Shown here: positions 32,376 to 43,342 of the stretch, one piece after another | Numbering within the stretch: the first letter of the stretch is position 1 | Layout of the letters: the number at the start of each line of letters is the position of its first letter | DNA from: Savitreella phatthalungensis | Taxonomy: Eukaryota | Direction of reading: 5' to 3' | Assembly: GCA_051599415.1 (NCBI GenBank) | Contig: AP039713.1 | Coordinates: 62,001-126,000, forward strand | Length of the DNA stretch: 64,000 nt | The notes under the pieces: model-generated | The model's database searches: none | What the model saw: the letters and a program-made list of their open reading frames with translations, nothing else | What the model was told of the DNA's origin: nothing | Position numbers and translations under genes: made by a program

Positions 32376-35300
32376 TTACATCGCCTGTGGCTTGTCGAGG
32401 TGGATCCTGGTATCGCCACCTCCTGAGCTGGCGAGGACCATGTCGTGTGGGTGGAATGCTAGGGCTGAGATGGAGGATGATTGAGCTTGTGGATTTCTGG
32501 CGTGGTGTGTGAAGATGGATGCTGCGCCTGTGCCTGCGTAGTGTCTCGATGTCGAGAGTGGTCTTGCTTGGAAGTTCCAGACTTTGAGGATGTGGTTGGT
32601 TGCGCCTGTGGCAAAGACCGGTGCGTGCTCGTGCACAGCGAGCGAGCGCAGGCCTCCTCCTGCGTGTGCTTGGATCTCACGCACATGCGCGTCCAGCCTC
32701 AGATCCCATAGACGCACTTCCCCGGTCACAGAGGACGAGACGAGCTCTCGAGCACCACCACGCTGCATGTGCACGTTCGTGATCCACGCACCCAACGAAG
32801 TGGGTCCTGGCTTCCACAACTTGACCATTGCCTCCGCAGGCTTCAGACGCTTGTCATAGATCCTGATCGCCCCATCTCCGAACCCGGCGGCAAACACCTG
32901 GCCTGCCACCTGGTCGCTTGTCAGGGACGTCACGCATGACCCGCTCCGCGCGGGAATTTCGTGCATCGAGATCTCTCGCTGCGCATCAAACACTCGGATC
33001 GTCCGCACGTCACCACCCACCAGCAGATGACCTCGTCCCTGCTGCCACTCGCACACAAGCCCAGACGACCTGTTGCTGGGAAGCATGTCTGAGAGTGCTC
33101 TCCAGGACGTGACCAGCTCGAAATTTGAGGTTTCGTAGTTCCGGTACAGGCGGACGACACCCTCGCTCGAGCCTGTAAGGAGTAACGCACGGTCATCCTC
33201 GTTCAGGAACTTCAACTCCGTGATTCGACTGTCCTGTGGGTTCGCATTCGAGAAGCTGTGGAGGACACGTGCTTGCTGCCAGTCCCAGACGGTCACGCCA
33301 TCGCGGTCGTCTGCCGCGACGAGGTGCGGCTCGAACTGGTGTAAGACAAGTCGGGTGGTAGGCTGGCCGACGGGAGACTCGAGCATGCCAAGCGACTGGT
33401 TTGTCCATGGATTATTCTCCGCCACCGACTTGAGTGGCTGCGTTTGGGCAATCATATCTTCGTTCCTGGTACGCCGCCAGAGCCGCTCATTGTAGTCGAT
33501 ACTTCCAGGCTCGTCAGCCTCGTCGGGCTTCATCTGCGGCTCTGTAAAGAACTCCGTTGCCCACTGTAGGACTGTCGACTTAAGTGGCATCGATGGCATC
33601 TCCTCAAACTTCTCAAATCCGGCAGGCATACCGCGAGCGAGTGGGGCCTGCTGAACTGTTGCCGTTGTTGAAGCCTCCACTGGCGGTGGCTGATTAGGGC
33701 GAGCTTCGTACTCTGGCGTTGGTGTCGGCGGATCTGGGAAGCCGAGCGCGAGATTCTTGATGGATGTAGCGATCGACACAGACCTCTGGAGTGTGCTTCT
33801 CAGACTGCTGACTTTGCGCAACTCAACATGGGATTCTGTTCGCGATGGATAGCCGTTCGTTCCAGTCCGCGCAATTGAAGCCTCATCTTCTGCACTACTC
33901 GCACCAGGAGCTGAGCGGTATGACTGTGGGAGTGTCTCGGCTTCCGGCGGGAAGTCTTGCAGGAAGGTCTTCCGAACAGCAGGGCCAAGTTTGCCCCGAC
34001 AGAGTGTCATACACAGCCTGTCGACGACGGCCAGCGCATTCTGCTCGACCTCTGGGTAAGGGTCGGCAGTAAACATGAGTAATGTCTTCCATACAGCCGC
34101 GTAGATCGAGTCTGACGAGAGACCCTTCTTCGGAGCTGCTCTTCCTCCTGCTGCTGCAGCTTCCTCCTGTAGCAGCTCGTATGCTGCGACGATGAATTTG
34201 CCCTCGTACCGGAGGATAAAGTGGCTGAAGAAGATAGTAAGTTCTTTCCGAACGAGCGGCGAGCCATCTGTACTGAGACTGAGACTGGACAGAGCGAGAT
34301 AGGATTCGAGCTCGATCACCTGGTCGGATACTTCGAGGCCGAGGAAGGTCGTCATGGCAACAAGCGCTGCAGCACGGACTTCTGGAATGAAATCGCCCAG
34401 GGCCTTGACGAGGATTTCCGGGGCATGTTCTCGCACACCCGACCACTTGGCCTCCCCATTGTCCTTCCAAGAGCATGAAATCAGGAGTAAAGACCACTGC
34501 CGGAGTTGCGGATCGCCTTGTGGATCACTTGTGGAGGTCGGATCGAACTGGACGTTCTGCAGGACGTGCGCCATAAGGCCATGGGCAGACAGCAAGGCGA
34601 CTTGACCTGCCTTGAAGTCCTTGGTGAACATGGCTAGGATGAATGAAGCCATTGCCTTGTGCTCAAGCTTCTGCGCCGTGGCTAAGAGCTCATCGGCGTT
34701 TAGGAGCGTCTGGACAAAGTAATTGAACTCGTTCGCTTTCAGCAGATCCTGCTGGCACGACCCATCAACAGCGAGAATCCTGGCCCAGATGAAGATCAGC
34801 ACGGGCTTGAGCTCGGAAGCTGGACTCTGCAATAGCTTGAGGACGTATGGAAAGATGCCGATACTTAGTGCTAGGTTGACCGCCCAAGGTCCGAGGTCGA
34901 GGAAGCGGGACAAGAGGATCAATGCACGCAGTCTGTGCGCTTGCGAGAGCAAGACCTGCAGCACGATCGGCAGCTGATCAGGCGCCTTTTTACTGGCGCT
35001 CCCGGTGCCCAACCACACCTCGAATGCTTGAAGCTGTTCAGTGAAGAATGAGCAGGGCTGATAATCGTGCTCATCGCCCTGCTCGAGCATGGCAGGCAGC
35101 TGAGCAAGACATGTATCGATCGCGAGATCCCACGAGTCCCACATCGGATGATTATATGTCGATGGCAGGACTGGATGAGATTGTGGATGACACTGGTGAT
35201 GCCGCATGATGCGTTCTGCAAGGAGGAAGTTGCGAAAAAGGGCTGCAACCATGAGATCTTGCCGGAAGAGCCTCTTGAACAGCGGACCAGGCAGAACGTT

Positions 35301-36350
35301 CCACGCTATTGTATCTGTGATGGCAGTGAAGATCCAGTTGAGCTCTCCGAGAGCTGTACGGCGGTCTTGCAGCCTACCAGGTATTCTGGACACCATGTCA
35401 ATTGTCAGATTCGATGGCAGAGGGTTTTGCAGCACAAACCAGCGCACAGCGATCTCGATTGGCGACGTCAGACAGCATGTGAAGAGATCTGCTGGCAGGT
35501 CCGGGTTCATCGGTAGGATCTCATTCGAGCCGCATGCAGCCAGGAGAATACATTCCTTCTGGCTCGGCCCAGGCGAGAACTGCGGGTCTTCTTGCTTCTG
35601 CCTGAGGTTTTCCGCATCACGCTGTTCTGCGAATCGATGAAAGTTGGTGATGATGTTGCCTGCTGCACTGCAGTCGAATACATACAAACAAGGACTTCCA
35701 AGCCATGCCTGGAGGTCGTACAGCGAGACCGGGATGTATTGGGTGTACGTCTTGTTGAAGACCCAGATCTCACCGGATGCAGTAGGTTTCGGGACGCCGT
35801 GTCCGTTGTAGTGGAAGAGTACGCGCTCGTCCTTTGCATTCCGCCGTTGGGCTGCACAGAACTTCTTCGTCTCTTCCACCGACGGGTCGAGGTAGATCTT
35901 ATACCGTGTTCGCATCGACAGTGTCTCATACTGCTGCTGCAGGTTCTTCCCGATCTGCTCGAGTGCCTTTGTCACAGGAAGGGAGTATGGATCGACCCAA
36001 CACTCGAGCTTGGCACATGGCTGTGTCTTGACGATATCTGGAGGATCTGTGCCGATGTTGAGACATGTGACGAGGGCTGCACTGAAGGTCTTCATCCTCT
36101 CACGCATCCGCCAGTCAGGCAAAGGCTCCTTGTCGATGCGCGGATGGCCTGATGACTCGTGTCTCTTGTCATTATAGTACATGAGCCAGACCTGCTCGAG
36201 TAACGCAAGATATTCTTCATCATCGTCCGTGAAGCCGTGTCTGGAGACTTCGCCAACGGCATGAACGGCATTTCTCGATGCCTCGAGAGAGCCATTGACA
36301 CTGTACAGGGTCTGTGTAGCGCTACTGCGCGATTCGACCGAGCTCGGCAT
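32376..36350 (-). CDS. KOG1: TORC1 subunit raptor (Kog1/Mip1)
   Basis: RNC domain (CLNIGTDPPD, RVLFHYNGHGVPKPT, ADLFTCCLTSPI), HEAT region and C-terminal WD40 repeats. Confidence 0.98.
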   Translation of the reverse strand: MPSSVESRSSATQTLYSVNGSLEASRNAVHAVGEVSRHGFTDDDEEYLALLEQVWLMYYNDKRHESSGHPRIDKEPLPDWRMRERMKTFSAALVTCLNIGTDPPDIVKTQPCAKLECWVDPYSLPVTKALEQIGKNLQQQYETLSMRTRYKIYLDPSVEETKKFCAAQRRNAKDERVLFHYNGHGVPKPTASGEIWVFNKTYTQYIPVSLYDLQAWLGSPCLYVFDCSAAGNIITNFHRFAEQRDAENLRQKQEDPQFSPGPSQKECILLAACGSNEILPMNPDLPADLFTCCLTSPIEIAVRWFVLQNPLPSNLTIDMVSRIPGRLQDRRTALGELNWIFTAITDTIAWNVLPGPLFKRLFRQDLMVAALFRNFLLAERIMRHHQCHPQSHPVLPSTYNHPMWDSWDLAIDTCLAQLPAMLEQGDEHDYQPCSFFTEQLQAFEVWLGTGSASKKAPDQLPIVLQVLLSQAHRLRALILLSRFLDLGPWAVNLALSIGIFPYVLKLLQSPASELKPVLIFIWARILAVDGSCQQDLLKANEFNYFVQTLLNADELLATAQKLEHKAMASFILAMFTKDFKAGQVALLSAHGLMAHVLQNVQFDPTSTSDPQGDPQLRQWSLLLISCSWKDNGEAKWSGVREHAPEILVKALGDFIPEVRAAALVAMTTFLGLEVSDQVIELESYLALSSLSLSTDGSPLVRKELTIFFSHFILRYEGKFIVAAYELLQEEAAAAGGRAAPKKGLSSDSIYAAVWKTLLMFTADPYPEVEQNALAVVDRLCMTLCRGKLGPAVRKTFLQDFPPEAETLPQSYRSAPGASSAEDEASIARTGTNGYPSRTESHVELRKVSSLRSTLQRSVSIATSIKNLALGFPDPPTPTPEYEARPNQPPPVEASTTATVQQAPLARGMPAGFEKFEEMPSMPLKSTVLQWATEFFTEPQMKPDEADEPGSIDYNERLWRRTRNEDMIAQTQPLKSVAENNPWTNQSLGMLESPVGQPTTRLVLHQFEPHLVAADDRDGVTVWDWQQARVLHSFSNANPQDSRITELKFLNEDDRALLLTGSSEGVVRLYRNYETSNFELVTSWRALSDMLPSNRSSGLVCEWQQGRGHLLVGGDVRTIRVFDAQREISMHEIPARSGSCVTSLTSDQVAGQVFAAGFGDGAIRIYDKRLKPAEAMVKLWKPGPTSLGAWITNVHMQRGGARELVSSSVTGEVRLWDLRLDAHVREIQAHAGGGLRSLAVHEHAPVFATGATNHILKVWNFQARPLSTSRHYAGTGAASIFTHHARNPQAQSSSISALAFHPHDMVLASSGGGDTRIHLDKPQAM

Positions 36351-36910
36351 AGCTAGCGCGTCATCTGAGAGAGCTTTGGTCCTGTTGTTGTGCTGTCAAG
36401 TCTAACCAAGGGAGTCTGCCCTATCCCAGCCAGCTACGCAGTTTCTGCGAGCGCACCGGAAGAGACTGAGCTAAGAGCCTGATAAACCTTGAAGTATAGC
36501 CTCCCGACCACTAGGCCCAGTGATTCACACGCTCGTTCTGTGATGCTATGGCTTACGAGGCAGAGAGGAGGTTGGCAAAGTTAGGGCCAGGGAGAGACGG
36601 CGTAACGTCTACAGTTAACAACGATGATCTCGGAATGAGCGAGTCACGTGTATGCATCTCAACACAGCACGTGACAAATAGTGTTTATTTATCAGGTGGT
36701 GGTTATCTGAGTAAATCTACTAAAATCACAGCTGATGGTGTTTCATGGTGAAATCATCAATCACGCGACGTTGAACGCGTGCTGAAAGCTCAGGCATGTC
36801 ACAAGAACTTACAAGAGCGCGTCAACCTCGGCTTCCTCATCGTCGAGCTCTTTTCTAGTCGTCTCGTTGCAAACAAATAAGGCTTCTGAGTAGAGTATTG
36901 TAGTGGGCTG

Positions 36911-38161
36911 ATGGCCATGACGTCTGCGGAACTTCCTGCAGGCGCACTACCAACAAGGCAGCCTTCCTCAAGCGGTCTCCTCCCTTTCTCTACAGTCATC
37001 TCCAGGGCTGCGCCAGACGACGATCTCATAGGACAGTACCAATACAGGCCGAATTTCTTGTCGAGTGACCTGCCTAGTGAGGCAGACGATGAATTTCTTA
37101 CTCCTCGACCGGCCTCTCGCGGGCTCAAGCGTGACCTTGCAGCATATAGCTCAGACAATGAGGACATCTCGTACTCACAGGCTTCAAACCCTGCAGCCAA
37201 GCACTGGCACAAGCGAAGGCATGCTAACAGATCACCATATACGCCTTCCTCCTCGCAGGACAACAACGCTACCTTGAAGCGTCGTCTCCCGGCCATCAAC
37301 TTCCAAATTGAAGGGGTCCGTGCGGTCATTAACGCGGCAATTGAGGAGTCACAGACCACCATCCACCTTGGCTCCCGAAATCTGACGTACCTGCCAGAGG
37401 AGATTGGCGATCTCCGTCATATAACCTCGTTGACGCCCTCGAGAGGTATGCTCCAGCTGTTCTTAGAGAAGAATCGGCTTACAAGCCTGCCGGAGTCGCT
37501 CTTCTCCATCAACAACCTGGAATTTCTGGGCTTGTCCGGCAACAGGCTGAAAAGCCTATCTCCGAGCATCAGCAAGTTGTCTAACCTGAAGTCGCTGAAT
37601 GTCGGCCTCAACAACATCGACTACCTGCCTGCGAGCCTGCTCACGATGACGTCGCTCGAACACCTGGTCTTCCACTCTGTCGTCATCCAGAGCTCTCCTG
37701 CGCGCCGTTCTGGGTCAAGCATGTCATTGAGCATGTCGTCGTCCAACGGCGTCTCCACCCAGACGACCGATCCGCCAACACGCCCTGCACCTGTTCTCGA
37801 AGACCATCCCCGGACTATCTTCCCGAACGCAGTACGGCCCCACGCCGGACATGGAGGTGTTGCTTCCTTGACAGAGTTGTGCCTACGCTACCTTGCCGAG
37901 GACTCTCGCTGGCGGCAGTACGTGGGCACGAGTGAGGATGAGATGACGGATGACGAGGCGTTTGCTTCAGTTTGTGGGCCGCGCTTACTGGACCTAGTGA
38001 AGTCGCCAACGCGGTGTGATGGGTGCGGCGTCTTGATGTGCCAGGTGTACGCGCTCCGGGAGGAGCTCTGGTCGAATTTTGCAGGCACAGAGGGACTACC
38101 GATCCGTCGGATCCTCTGCTCCCACGCCTGCCTCACCCACTCACCCACGTACGTCCCGTAG
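36911..38161 (+). CDS. Leucine-rich-repeat protein with BC-box-like and Cys-rich C-terminal module
   Basis: LxxLxLxxN repeats, then VASLTELCLRYL and CDGC...LPIRRILCSHAC. Confidence 0.75.
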   Translation: MAMTSAELPAGALPTRQPSSSGLLPFSTVISRAAPDDDLIGQYQYRPNFLSSDLPSEADDEFLTPRPASRGLKRDLAAYSSDNEDISYSQASNPAAKHWHKRRHANRSPYTPSSSQDNNATLKRRLPAINFQIEGVRAVINAAIEESQTTIHLGSRNLTYLPEEIGDLRHITSLTPSRGMLQLFLEKNRLTSLPESLFSINNLEFLGLSGNRLKSLSPSISKLSNLKSLNVGLNNIDYLPASLLTMTSLEHLVFHSVVIQSSPARRSGSSMSLSMSSSNGVSTQTTDPPTRPAPVLEDHPRTIFPNAVRPHAGHGGVASLTELCLRYLAEDSRWRQYVGTSEDEMTDDEAFASVCGPRLLDLVKSPTRCDGCGVLMCQVYALREELWSNFAGTEGLPIRRILCSHACLTHSPTYVP

Positions 38162-38178
38162 AACGATGCATGGAACTT

Positions 38179-39171
38179 TCACCCATTCAAGATCTTCCCA
38201 AACACCTCAACGCCCTCCCTGCCAAACGCTGTCGCCACGCCGACGCAACTTGCGCCTACCCTGATCATCCGATCGTACGCTTTCCCATCAGCGACGCCTC
38301 CCAGCCCGATGACCTCTATGTGTGCAGTCTCCTTGTGGTGCTTGAGTGCATTTGCAATCGTGTGGACGGTGCCTAGTGCGACTGGATGGATCGCTTGTCC
38401 TGCGAGTCCTCCTGTGAGATACGCTTCCCCCCTTCTCGGCAATATGGGCTCTCCCTCTTGATCGTCGAACGCGAGCGCATTCCCTAGGGTGTTTGTTGCC
38501 GCGATGTACGCCACCTTCCCACCAAACCCTGCCATCGCCACCGTCTCCACAAACGCCTCCCCGCCAACACCCATCACAAACGGCGCGACCTTCAACCCTA
38601 CCACCAACCCACCCTCCACCACCGGTCCAATCACCTCCTTCAGCACAGATTCCAGCGCGACGCGATCGTAGCACGGTGGTCGGTGGTGTGGGATGTTGGG
38701 ACAGGAGAGGTTGATTTCGATAGCGATGTCTCTGAGTCCTTCCGCTGTACGGTGTGGGAGTTTCAGCTCGGTCCGGAGTGCTTTGACCGCGTTGATGGCT
38801 TGGGTGAGTTCTTGGTTGGTGCCTCCGAGGCTGACGATGAATGGTTTGTCTCTGGTGGTCTTGGTAGAGTAGATGTGGCGGATGGCGTCGAGGTAGTAGG
38901 TGAGGGTGTGGGGGGAGTACCCGTAGCTGTTGATCGAGCAAGTTCCACCTCCAAAGAAACCGTGCGTGTGAAGGGTTCCGGGTGACTCGGGAAATTCAGA
39001 GACCATACTCGTCCGCGTCACCACAGCGCCCGTCCACTCACACCCATACAGTGCAACCAGCTCATCGACACTCGAAGCCCACGGGCATGCAGCGTTCACT
39101 AGCGCAGGGGTAATCTCAAATTGACGGGATCGACCGATCACGCATGACGACGTCTCGCGACGCCGCGACAT
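38179..39171 (-). CDS. Class-1 dihydroorotate-dehydrogenase-like FMN enzyme (probable dihydrouracil oxidase)
   Basis: NAACPWAS, GAVVTRTS, INSYGYSP, EINLSCPNI, ATNTLGN, GGLAG and IGLGGV. Confidence 0.8.
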   Translation of the reverse strand: MSRRRETSSCVIGRSRQFEITPALVNAACPWASSVDELVALYGCEWTGAVVTRTSMVSEFPESPGTLHTHGFFGGGTCSINSYGYSPHTLTYYLDAIRHIYSTKTTRDKPFIVSLGGTNQELTQAINAVKALRTELKLPHRTAEGLRDIAIEINLSCPNIPHHRPPCYDRVALESVLKEVIGPVVEGGLVVGLKVAPFVMGVGGEAFVETVAMAGFGGKVAYIAATNTLGNALAFDDQEGEPILPRRGEAYLTGGLAGQAIHPVALGTVHTIANALKHHKETAHIEVIGLGGVADGKAYDRMIRVGASCVGVATAFGREGVEVFGKILNG

Positions 39172-39518
39172 GAAGATAAACGTAGATCAAGAACAGGGTC
39201 GTCTGACTTTATAGTAGACGCTGTCGTATCTCTTCCCCAAGCACGCACGCCGTAACGTGTGGTATCTCGACTTTATCTGTGGAGCCGGATTATGGACAGT
39301 GCCCGGGTGCCTGCAGAGGTCCGCCTTTGACTGGTGTTCAAGACTTTTGGCCGAGAGACACCATCACATCGACAACATTTGTCAGTATAGAAATAGAATC
39401 GTTCATATATCGTGCGTCGACGCTGTGTGGTTATGTACGGAAAGCGACTTCTGTATGGTGCGTGAGAATGTGTCATTTGCGTTGTGGCTTTTTGAAGATA
39501 TCAGAAGAGTTTCTCCGA

Positions 39519-41606
39519 TCAGAAAACGTTACCGAGATTGGTCGATCTAGTCGATGGTCCAGTGGCTGACGCAGGGATACCGTATCTCGGACGAGGGAGC
39601 ATTTCTGTCTCTGCGACGGTCTGCAAGGTCGATCTGGCGTTGACCGGGTGTTCGGCGTTGTAATCGCTGTGGAATTTCCCTTTATCGCCAGGGTACCGAT
39701 CATTGTCTTCCTCGTCTTCTTCTTCGACAGGCGGCGATCTCAGGGGGGATCGCATAGATGGCGTGCCTAATGCCATCGCCGATGAGCCGCCCGTAAAGTT
39801 GAATCCGCCGAGCGCGATACTCCCGCCGGCTGTCCCGAGTCCAGATGCGTATGCCGAGGTTGGTATTGATGAGTATCCGGCGAGTGTCGGCGTCTGTGGC
39901 GCGGAAGAGCCGGATGTTGACCTTGCATCGCTCTGAGATTCCTGCGGAAGATGATCGTGCGACCCAATGATTGAGTTTGCTGCCATCATTGTTGTGTCAG
40001 ATGATACGCCGAGCTGCATGCGCGATCTCCTGCCTGCGGCAGCCCGTAGGGTGGCTGCCCGATCGAGGCTTGTGATTGGGTGGCCTGCAGAGCCGGATGT
40101 ATTGGCATTGCTGACTGCTGCTCGCCGAGCAAGGCAAGCCTTGTGAAGCCTGTCGATGGCTGCCTGACCCGCGTCGGCGGCATGGAGTCCCCTCAGCACC
40201 GCGAGACACTGCATCAGCCTACCCATTGTCTCTCCGCGCCAGTTGACCGCTGCGTCGACGTCGTGGTCCATAAGCATGTCCTCCAAACGCTTTGCACGCG
40301 GGACGATCAGCACATCACGGTAGCTAGAGAGCGCGAGCGCGTTGATTGAGAGGTTTGCCAGGTTGCCTGCGTTGCCGAGGTACGGGCTAGGGTTCGATGT
40401 GAATTCGATCGAGATCGGGAGAAATGTCGCTTCCAGGTATGGCAAGATCATGGCGAAGAAGAATGACCAGATTTCGATCAGTCGCGCAAGAAGGCGTTCG
40501 TCAGACAGATGCGTGAGCCCGTTGTCAAGTGATCGGATGCCAGTCTCGAAGAGCTCTGCAAGGTCTTCAACCACGTGACGCTGTTCCTTGCGCTCAACGT
40601 ACCGTCGGAGCTGCTGGGAGACAAGTCTGTTGATGTCCTCGATCGGTTGGCGTAGACCCTCTCCGTTGAAGAGCGGCAGCACGCGCGAGCAGAGCAAGGG
40701 CCACAAATCGTCTGACGCATCATGGGCAATGCCTGGACCACCGCCGCCTGAACTGACTCCAGCCCCGGATGCTGGACCTCCTGCGCCTGCGTGGCGACCT
40801 GTACTGGCGAAGAAGCTCGGTGAGATGGGTGAGGAATCTCGTGCAATGTCGAGTGATCGACCGCGAGAACCACCGCCAGTACTGGCACCATACGAGAGCG
40901 GAGGCGGTAGAGGTAGAGCCAAGCCAGCGTCCTTTGTATCCTTTCCAGGCTTGTGGTGATGATGAAGGTGATGGTGATGGACTCCTTTGAGCAGGGAGCT
41001 GAGCGTCGTATGAGAGGTGCTCGACTCGAGAGATGAGGACACGTGAGGTGGAGACCGCGGGGAGGTAAGCGGCTCGTTTTGGGTGGGCTGCATGGCGTTG
41101 TTGGATGCGCCGGAGGAATCCTTGCGCGTGGCCCGGGAGAAAAGATTGCGCTTGGGAGAGGCTGCTGGCTGTTGCACGACTGTCAAGGTAAAAGGCTCCC
41201 TCGGCCGGAGTGGTGAGACTGTGGAGGCGCTGTTGCTACGACCCTTCGCTGGCGGCAGAGGAGGATGTGACTGAGCATGGCCCGGTGGGATTGCGGAAGA
41301 AGATGATGAGGATACAAATGCCGAAGCTGCTGCCTGTGAAAGGCCTCCAAGAGCGTGAAGGCTTTCCTGCCCAGGATTGCCAGCGCGCAGAAGCGCTCCA
41401 GGCGGTGCCTTCCGGGGAGTCGGCGGGCTAGACCCATCCGAACTATCTGTATCATCCATGGGCAATGTATCAGGAGTACATTCTCGACGGTTGAAGAACG
41501 TCGTTGGCGCTGTGACACGAACTTCCGAGCTCGAGCTTATATAAAGATCTGAATGATTCGGTAGCCCTGACACAGCTACACTTGGTCGGAGCGTGCTGAC
41601 TTGCAC
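39519..41606 (-). CDS. BIT61: TORC2 subunit Bit61/HbrB/PRR5 family (true start may be the internal Met at 41459)
   Basis: HbrB domain LWPLLCSRVLPLFNGEGLRQPIEDINRLV..RLIEIWSFFF..LPYLEATFLP..SYRDVLIVP. Confidence 0.85.
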   Translation of the reverse strand: MQVSTLRPSVAVSGLPNHSDLYISSSSEVRVTAPTTFFNRRECTPDTLPMDDTDSSDGSSPPTPRKAPPGALLRAGNPGQESLHALGGLSQAAASAFVSSSSSSAIPPGHAQSHPPLPPAKGRSNSASTVSPLRPREPFTLTVVQQPAASPKRNLFSRATRKDSSGASNNAMQPTQNEPLTSPRSPPHVSSSLESSTSHTTLSSLLKGVHHHHLHHHHKPGKDTKDAGLALPLPPPLSYGASTGGGSRGRSLDIARDSSPISPSFFASTGRHAGAGGPASGAGVSSGGGGPGIAHDASDDLWPLLCSRVLPLFNGEGLRQPIEDINRLVSQQLRRYVERKEQRHVVEDLAELFETGIRSLDNGLTHLSDERLLARLIEIWSFFFAMILPYLEATFLPISIEFTSNPSPYLGNAGNLANLSINALALSSYRDVLIVPRAKRLEDMLMDHDVDAAVNWRGETMGRLMQCLAVLRGLHAADAGQAAIDRLHKACLARRAAVSNANTSGSAGHPITSLDRAATLRAAAGRRSRMQLGVSSDTTMMAANSIIGSHDHLPQESQSDARSTSGSSAPQTPTLAGYSSIPTSAYASGLGTAGGSIALGGFNFTGGSSAMALGTPSMRSPLRSPPVEEEDEEDNDRYPGDKGKFHSDYNAEHPVNARSTLQTVAETEMLPRPRYGIPASATGPSTRSTNLGNVF

Positions 41607-43270
41607 GGCACTTGACTGTTAGGCGCGGATTTGAGCTGTTGGGCTTTCTTTGTCGGAGGAATAGCGTGGACGTCGTGTACACAGGCGCGCTCAACCTAGT
41701 CTAGACATGTCTCCGTACGTTTCACAGGTGTAATCTGCATGTGCATTTGAGTCGATCAAATTTGATCCCACCTAAGGTCCGAGCTGGATTCTTGAGTTTC
41801 GATTGCTCGAATGTTTATTTAGACGGATATATCATGAATGCAGCATAGTCAATAAGCACGTGAATGAGGAGGTTGCCCTGACCTGGATCTTACCGAGCAT
41901 ATTTGTCGCTTGTGCACGAGTCCGTGAATGTCCAGAGGGGAACGACAGGCCAGATAGTCTATTCAGTCATTATCATCCTCGAGATTTTAAAGCAGTGGTA
42001 CTGTCCATTGAGAGCTGAGTAGGTGCTCATAGAAATGTTAGACTTCTTGGACAAGTCAGTGGCACAGAATCCTTGTCGAATCTCGAAACATATATCATAA
42101 CCGATTGACGACGGCATGCGAGCAGGAGTGCTTGAACACGTCTCATGAGCGTTTGCTGATTGATTATAGAGCCACGAATCGGCCAAAATACCTTATCAAA
42201 GGTGGAGCGGAAGACTCAAGATAGGATCGGCTCATGTCTGGGTCAGATTCAGAGGGATGTACTGCAGACAGGAGAAAGAGTGAATGGACGAGTAGAGCAG
42301 AATCAAGCTGTTGAGTCATCCATTTATGACACTCGATGCGAATTGAATCATCACGGTGCAGTGGCGGAGACGGCGAATTTATCCAACTGAGCTGATGGTA
42401 TGGCTCAACAGGACTCAACGTCATTCGTCCAACAACACGAATCGACTTTGTTCTATTTCTGTGCTTCATGCACTCTTACGACGATCTCTTGACACATGGC
42501 AAAAGCGAGCAATGTATGTGAAACTGATGCTTCCGATGTAGACCAGGTGGTCCTTGGCATGTGGCTGTGAATGTGTGTATAGAATATAGACACTACGGTG
42601 GCAACTCTTGCTCGCGGTCTGACTCGTGACTTCTCACGAGAATTGCCCCTGCATCGAACGTGGCCACTCGATCAATCGCCTGGTAGAATTGGAATTGCCC
42701 GGTAGATTCAGGGTCAAGACAAGAGACTACTTAGTTTGATGTGCTGCAGGGTGTTGCCACGAGGTTTATCAGAGCAAAGATACATCAATTGGAAGGATTA
42801 AATATGAGCATATCGACGTCATGTGTTTCAGAGATGCATAAGAAAAATGTTATTCATCATGAGCAAGTGAATTTAGTATTGCGCCGATTAGTTCGACGCG
42901 TCAAAATGCAGCTCGTGTTCTATAGGAATTCTGGCTAATTAAATGATCAGTGATAATCCGAGAGCGGCCCAAAGTAATTCGAAGCCACTGTTTATGCTAG
43001 AATAGTACGGCGCATCATTCAGTCAATATACATCGATAATCCATAGTCGGCTGATAAGGTTGACTTGAGTGATTGATTGATATCGGAACTATTTATATCC
43101 CATTCATCACTTATGTGAAACTGAACAAGTGACCGAATTCGGCTTCTACGCCCGTTATTCAACTGGCTCAGATTGGAATTTCAGGATTGAGGTTGAGCGA
43201 CGATGAGCGAATAGATTGACTCACATGGGAACAAGCCATGCATGCATCAATCACCTGCATGATCTTCCCC

Positions 43271-43342
43271 CAATTCAATCCACAATTCAATCCACAATTC
43301 AATCCACAATTCAATCCACAATATTGGATCCACAATTCAATC
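43271..43342. repeat. 12-bp tandem repeat (CAATTCAATCCA)x4 plus one variant and one partial unit
   Basis: Read directly from the sequence. Confidence 0.92.

Noticed and set aside
43271..43342. Tandem array as CRISPR or telomere
   Set aside because: No spacers, eukaryotic context, internal location, and not a TTAGGG-type repeat.
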